Shown: piece after piece, positions 60,295 to 64,000 of the stretch
Layout: the number at the start of each line of letters is the position of its first letter
How positions within the stretch are numbered: the first letter of the stretch is position 1
Origin: Bacteroidota bacterium
GTDB taxonomy: Bacteria; Bacteroidota; Bacteroidia; Flavobacteriales; Weeksellaceae
NCBI GenBank assembly: GCA_023394415.1
Contig: JAEXAR010000034.1
Span: forward strand, 24,298-88,297
Direction of reading: 5' to 3'
Length of the DNA: 64,000 nt
Program-made: the position numbers and the translations under genes
The notes under the pieces: generated by a model
Seen by the model: the letters and a program-made list of their open reading frames with translations, nothing else
What the model was told of the DNA's origin: nothing
The model's database searches: none

Positions 60295-61365
60295 TTATCC
60301 CTCGTAAAAGTAAGTTGTGAGATAATGCAGTTCTGTTTTCGAAAGCTTTTTGCCAACAATTTCAGCCTGTTCTAAAGTATGAGCCGCACCAATATTTGTT
60401 TTTTGGAATAGAAATGAATTATTAGCCGTTTTATCTACCACATTTTTAAAGATGTTTTCAATTTCTGAATTGGCTAATGATGCAAAACTGATATCCTCGA
60501 ACCCATGAAACAAGCGAAGATTATCATGCCCTACGAAATTCTCATCTACAAACGCTTGAAACTGCTGACGGTTATCAAAATTACCTGCCCAAATATTGTA
60601 GGCAATGGTTTTTTTCTTCGGTTTATCATCAATACTTTGGTAAACGAAATTTTCGCCGAGATAAGCCTCACGAACTTGTGGATCATTGGCTAAATCTTTT
60701 GGGAGACCTTCCTTCAGAATCCTTCCCTCAAACATAATATACGTTTTGTGTGTAATGGCAAGGGTTTGCTGTACGTTGTGGTCGGTAATTAAAATGCCGA
60801 TATTTTTCTGCGTAAGACTTCTTACAATTTTCTGAATGTCTTCTACTGCAATAGGGTCAACACCTGCAAAAGGCTCATCTAGAAGGATGAAATTTGGACT
60901 GGTTGCGAGACACCTTGCAATTTCGGTTCTACGTCTTTCACCACCGGAAAGCAAATCCCCGCGGTTTTTGCGAACGTGTTCTAAAGAAAATTCCTCAATC
61001 AGTTCGTCGCACTTCATACGCTGTGCTTTTTTTGAAAGATTGGTAAGTTGCAAAACGCCCATAATGTTCTCTTCTACCGATAGTTTTCTGAAAACAGAAG
61101 CTTCCTGCGCCAAATATCCAATACCTTTCTGTGCCCTGCGATACATCGCATCACTGGTAATATTTTGATCATTAAGAAAAATCCGTCCCGATGTTGGCTT
61201 CACCAAACCTACAATCATATAAAATGTGGTGGTTTTACCGGCTCCGTTTGGACCTAGAAGACCTACAATTTCGCCCTGTGATACTTGTACAGAAACACCT
61301 TTTACTACTTTTTTAGGTCCGTATTCTTTAATTAAATTTTCTCCTCTTAAGATCATAGACTGCAA
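60295..61365 (-). CDS. lptB: LPS export ABC transporter ATP-binding protein LptB with a C-terminal extension of about 100 aa
   Basis: Walker A GPNGAGKTT, signature LSGGERRR and Walker B ILLDEPFAGVD. After the roughly 250-aa NBD there is an extra ...IAYNIWAGNFDNRQQFQAFVDENF...YFYEG. Confidence 0.7.
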   Translation of the reverse strand: MQSMILRGENLIKEYGPKKVVKGVSVQVSQGEIVGLLGPNGAGKTTTFYMIVGLVKPTSGRIFLNDQNITSDAMYRRAQKGIGYLAQEASVFRKLSVEENIMGVLQLTNLSKKAQRMKCDELIEEFSLEHVRKNRGDLLSGGERRRTEIARCLATSPNFILLDEPFAGVDPIAVEDIQKIVRSLTQKNIGILITDHNVQQTLAITHKTYIMFEGRILKEGLPKDLANDPQVREAYLGENFVYQSIDDKPKKKTIAYNIWAGNFDNRQQFQAFVDENFVGHDNLRLFHGFEDISFASLANSEIENIFKNVVDKTANNSFLFQKTNIGAAHTLEQAEIVGKKLSKTELHYLTTYFYEG

Positions 61366-61489
61366 AGATAATTATTTTGATGCAAGCTGCAAGATACAAG
61401 CCATAAGCTAAAATTTTACATTCTTTATATTAGCCTATCGCTGTAACAACTCAAATTATTGACCGACTTATTAATTAAAAAATTATAAA

Positions 61490-61777
61490 ATGGAAACTTA
61501 CGGATACACTAACCCAGAACACAACCAACAAAACTCTTATCCCTATAGAAGCGAAAAGAAAATTGCAGCAGGATTGTTAGGAATTTTCCTTGGAACTTTC
61601 GGCGCCAATAAGTTTTTTCTTGGCTATATTAACGAAGGCATTATACAAATCGTACTGAATATTGTAACCTGCGGTATTGCAACAGTGGTTCCTTTGATTG
61701 AAGGAATTATCTACCTTACCATGAGTGATCAACAGTTTGATGATACTTATATTAAGAATAAAAAGGCTTGGTTTTAA
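61490..61777 (+). CDS. TM2 domain protein
   Basis: AAGLLGIFLGTFGANKFFLGY. Confidence 0.6.
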   Translation: METYGYTNPEHNQQNSYPYRSEKKIAAGLLGIFLGTFGANKFFLGYINEGIIQIVLNIVTCGIATVVPLIEGIIYLTMSDQQFDDTYIKNKKAWF

Positions 61778-61868
61778 TTGTACTTTGTATAAAGTATTAA
61801 ATATGATGTATGATCTTATGTATAGAATGTATTTAATATAAAACTTTCAGAAGATCTAAAAGTTTTTT

Positions 61869-62168
61869 TCATTTGAATATATTGAAAAGTAGGATTAATG
61901 CTATAATAGTTCCAGTTAAGATGATCCAAAAAATATTTCTTCTTAAAGTGAAAAATTTAGAAAAGATTCTTAAAAAAAGTAGCTGAACACCAAAAATAAC
62001 AGCGAAATAAATTGCAAACACCAACCAATTCCCAAATGATTTCATCCATCGAAAATCATAGAATCCTTCATCTATAAAAAAAAGAATATTTGTAATAATG
62101 AATGATGCCAATAAATAAGGAACCCATTTGCTTTTTTGATTCTTTTGATGGTTTACCACAGTTTCCAT
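61869..62168 (-). CDS. Hypothetical small membrane protein
   Basis: 99 aa with three TM helices. Confidence 0.35.
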   Translation of the reverse strand: METVVNHQKNQKSKWVPYLLASFIITNILFFIDEGFYDFRWMKSFGNWLVFAIYFAVIFGVQLLFLRIFSKFFTLRRNIFWIILTGTIIALILLFNIFK

Positions 62169-62268
62169 AGTTTGTTTTTTTTATAAAACGTGAAAATTTA
62201 GATTTTTATTTTAAACACAAAACTTTCAGAAAATCTGAAAGTTTTTATAATTTAAATTGAAATTGGTA

Positions 62269-63261
62269 TTATTGATTCAAAAGAATAGCTGCCTCTTTCG
62301 CAGCGTAAGTGAAAATCATATCTGCTCCTGCTCTCTTGATGCACGTTAAGCTTTCGATGATGGCTTTATCATTATCAAGCCAACCGTTTTGGGCTGCGGC
62401 TTTCAACATTGCATATTCTCCGCTTACATTATAAACCGCAATAGGTAAATCGATCTCTGCACGAACCTGCGAAACAATATCCAAATACGGAAGTCCGGGT
62501 TTTATCATAATAATGTCTGCGCCTTCTGCTACATCTTTCATCACTTCATCCATTGCTTCTCGGGAGTTATGAAAATCCATCTGATAAGTTTTTTTATCTT
62601 TAGGAATATCTACATTTTCTTTCGGAGCACTGTCTAAAGCACTTCTGAAAGGACCATAAAAAGAACTCGCATATTTTGCTGCATAACTCAAAATTCCAAC
62701 ATCCGTAAAACCACTTTCTTCAAGTCCGGTTCTTATAGCAGCAACTCTACCATCCATCATATCACTTGGCGCCACAATATCTGCACCCGCTTCTGCGTGT
62801 GAAACTGACATCCTTACCAATGCATCATTAGTGGCATCATTATCCACTTTTCCGTTGGTGATAATCCCATCATGACCATAAATGGAATAAGGATCCAAAG
62901 CAACATCCGGCATCACAATCATTTCAGGCACTGCATCTTTTATCGCTTTTATAGTGGTTTGCATTAATCCGTTTTTGTTCCAAGCTTCCTTTCCTGTGTT
63001 GTCTTTTAGATTTTCAGAAACTTGCATATAAAGATTTACTGCTTTTACCCCTAATGAAAAGAGTTCCTTGCATTCTTTCACCGTTAAATCCAGCGTTCTT
63101 CTGTAAATTCCCGGCATTGAAGGGACGGGCTCCTGCTTATTCTCGCCTTCCATCACAAACATTGGCATTACGAAATCATTAACCGTAAGTACAGTTTCCT
63201 GCACAAGGCTTCTGATTGAGGCATTGGTTCTTAATCTTCTGTTTCTTGAATATATTATCAT
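62269..63261 (-). CDS. hemB: porphobilinogen synthase (delta-aminolevulinate dehydratase)
   Basis: MIIYSRNRRLR...active-site Lys region VAPSDMMDGRV. Confidence 0.9.
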   Translation of the reverse strand: MIIYSRNRRLRTNASIRSLVQETVLTVNDFVMPMFVMEGENKQEPVPSMPGIYRRTLDLTVKECKELFSLGVKAVNLYMQVSENLKDNTGKEAWNKNGLMQTTIKAIKDAVPEMIVMPDVALDPYSIYGHDGIITNGKVDNDATNDALVRMSVSHAEAGADIVAPSDMMDGRVAAIRTGLEESGFTDVGILSYAAKYASSFYGPFRSALDSAPKENVDIPKDKKTYQMDFHNSREAMDEVMKDVAEGADIIMIKPGLPYLDIVSQVRAEIDLPIAVYNVSGEYAMLKAAAQNGWLDNDKAIIESLTCIKRAGADMIFTYAAKEAAILLNQ

Positions 63262-63378
63262 TACTGAAATATTAAATTGGTATTGTATTTGTTTGCAAAT
63301 TTAGTGATAAAATGTATTGTGAATTTATGGGATTTATCATACATTTGTAATATAAACAGGTATAACAACAAAATTTGA

Positions 63379-63729
63379 ATGAAGAAAACTCTATTTTTTC
63401 TATTCTTTTTCGGGATTTTCTTTAGTGCATCTTCTTTGAAAGCACAGAGTATAAAGGAACCTGCTACTGCATCACAAAAGGCTGATGACGGTGTTTTGGT
63501 TGCTTACCCTAATCCTGCCAGAGATTACATCATCGTAAAATCGAAAGACAGTAATCTTAAAATAAAATCAGTCACATTTTACTCCATATTGGGAATGCAG
63601 GTTGCCACGATTAACGTGAATATGAATTCAGGAGAACTGAATTTAGAAAAACTGAAGCCCGGCAAATATCTTATGAAATATATATTGAGTGACAATACGC
63701 AGAGAGTTACCCAAATCATAAAACAATGA
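63379..63729 (+). CDS. Small T9SS type A sorting-domain protein
   Basis: Signal peptide plus C-terminal domain VAYPNPARDYIIVKS...LMKYIL. Confidence 0.6.
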   Translation: MKKTLFFLFFFGIFFSASSLKAQSIKEPATASQKADDGVLVAYPNPARDYIIVKSKDSNLKIKSVTFYSILGMQVATINVNMNSGELNLEKLKPGKYLMKYILSDNTQRVTQIIKQ

Positions 63730-63756
63730 ATCCTGATTATTCAACAGGATTTTTTC
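63729..63756 (+). terminator. Rho-independent terminator
   Basis: AATCCTG-attattcaa-CAGGATT followed by TTTTT. Confidence 0.6.
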
Positions 63757-63847
63757 ATTAAAACCATCTCTTTTGGAACTACTAAAAGAGTTCTTGAAAT
63801 TATTAAATTACAATAGATTCATTTTTACTATCAGTTTTGAATATTTC

Positions 63848-63903
63848 AATTGCGCATTTTGAGTAACTCTAAAAAAAAAACCTATTGCGCATTTTAAATA
63901 ACT
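63848..63903. repeat. Two 20-bp direct repeats ATTGCGCATTTTrArTAACT spaced 36 bp apart
   Basis: attgcgcattttgagtaact and attgcgcattttaaataact. Confidence 0.5.
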
Positions 63904-64000
63904 ATAGATTTAAATAGAATTATTTTACTGATAATCAAACCTTTAATTACTCCACAAAAAACTTGCATAATTGCAAAAACTTTCGCATATTTGAGAGTTA

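Noticed and set aside
1-64000. CRISPR arrays, integrases, transposases, phage genes or toxin-antitoxin or defence systems
   Set aside because: I saw no regularly spaced direct repeats with unique spacers and no recombinase or phage-like ORFs. The window reads as core chromosome with small repeat elements only.

Overview
This is an AT-rich (roughly mid-30s % GC) chromosomal segment with Bacteroidota/Flavobacteriia hallmarks. It carries T9SS C-terminal sorting domains, SprB-repeat adhesins and a clade II nosZ, so it is most like a Chryseobacterium or related Flavobacteriaceae genome. The window is gene-dense and mostly housekeeping: cdd, hemL, rpoN, an ECF sigma factor, asnS, mdh, cysE/cysK, dnaK, ppk1-ppx, flotillin with NfeD, NfuA-like with ApbC, speA, speB, hemB and lptB. 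It also contains a complete clade II nitrous-oxide reductase cluster (cyt c, nosZ, nosB-like, nosL, nosD, nosF, nosY) followed by a fasciclin lipoprotein, an NnrS-like membrane protein and a Crp/Fnr regulator. I found no tRNA, rRNA, CRISPR array, integrase or transposase. Non-coding features I can support are a cobalamin riboswitch upstream of a partial TonB-dependent receptor at the window start, several Rho-independent terminators, and three Crp/Fnr-type palindromes (TGAy-N4-rTCA) that suggest a small denitrification regulon. There is a bipartite intergenic repeat family with three copies, and two 3'-UTR elements built from CACAAAG/CTTTGTG motif arrays. A four-helix-bundle protein gene is flanked by inverted (GTCCGAAG)n repeats, and a 38-bp perfect palindrome sits in a divergent promoter. 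Coding oddities are a cytochrome c551-like gene whose heme motif reads CLTFH instead of CXXCH, two small ORFs separated only by an in-frame TGA, and an LptB with a C-terminal extension. None of this amounts to a self-evident novel multi-gene system. The most unusual content is the repeat and regulatory architecture and the variant cytochrome.
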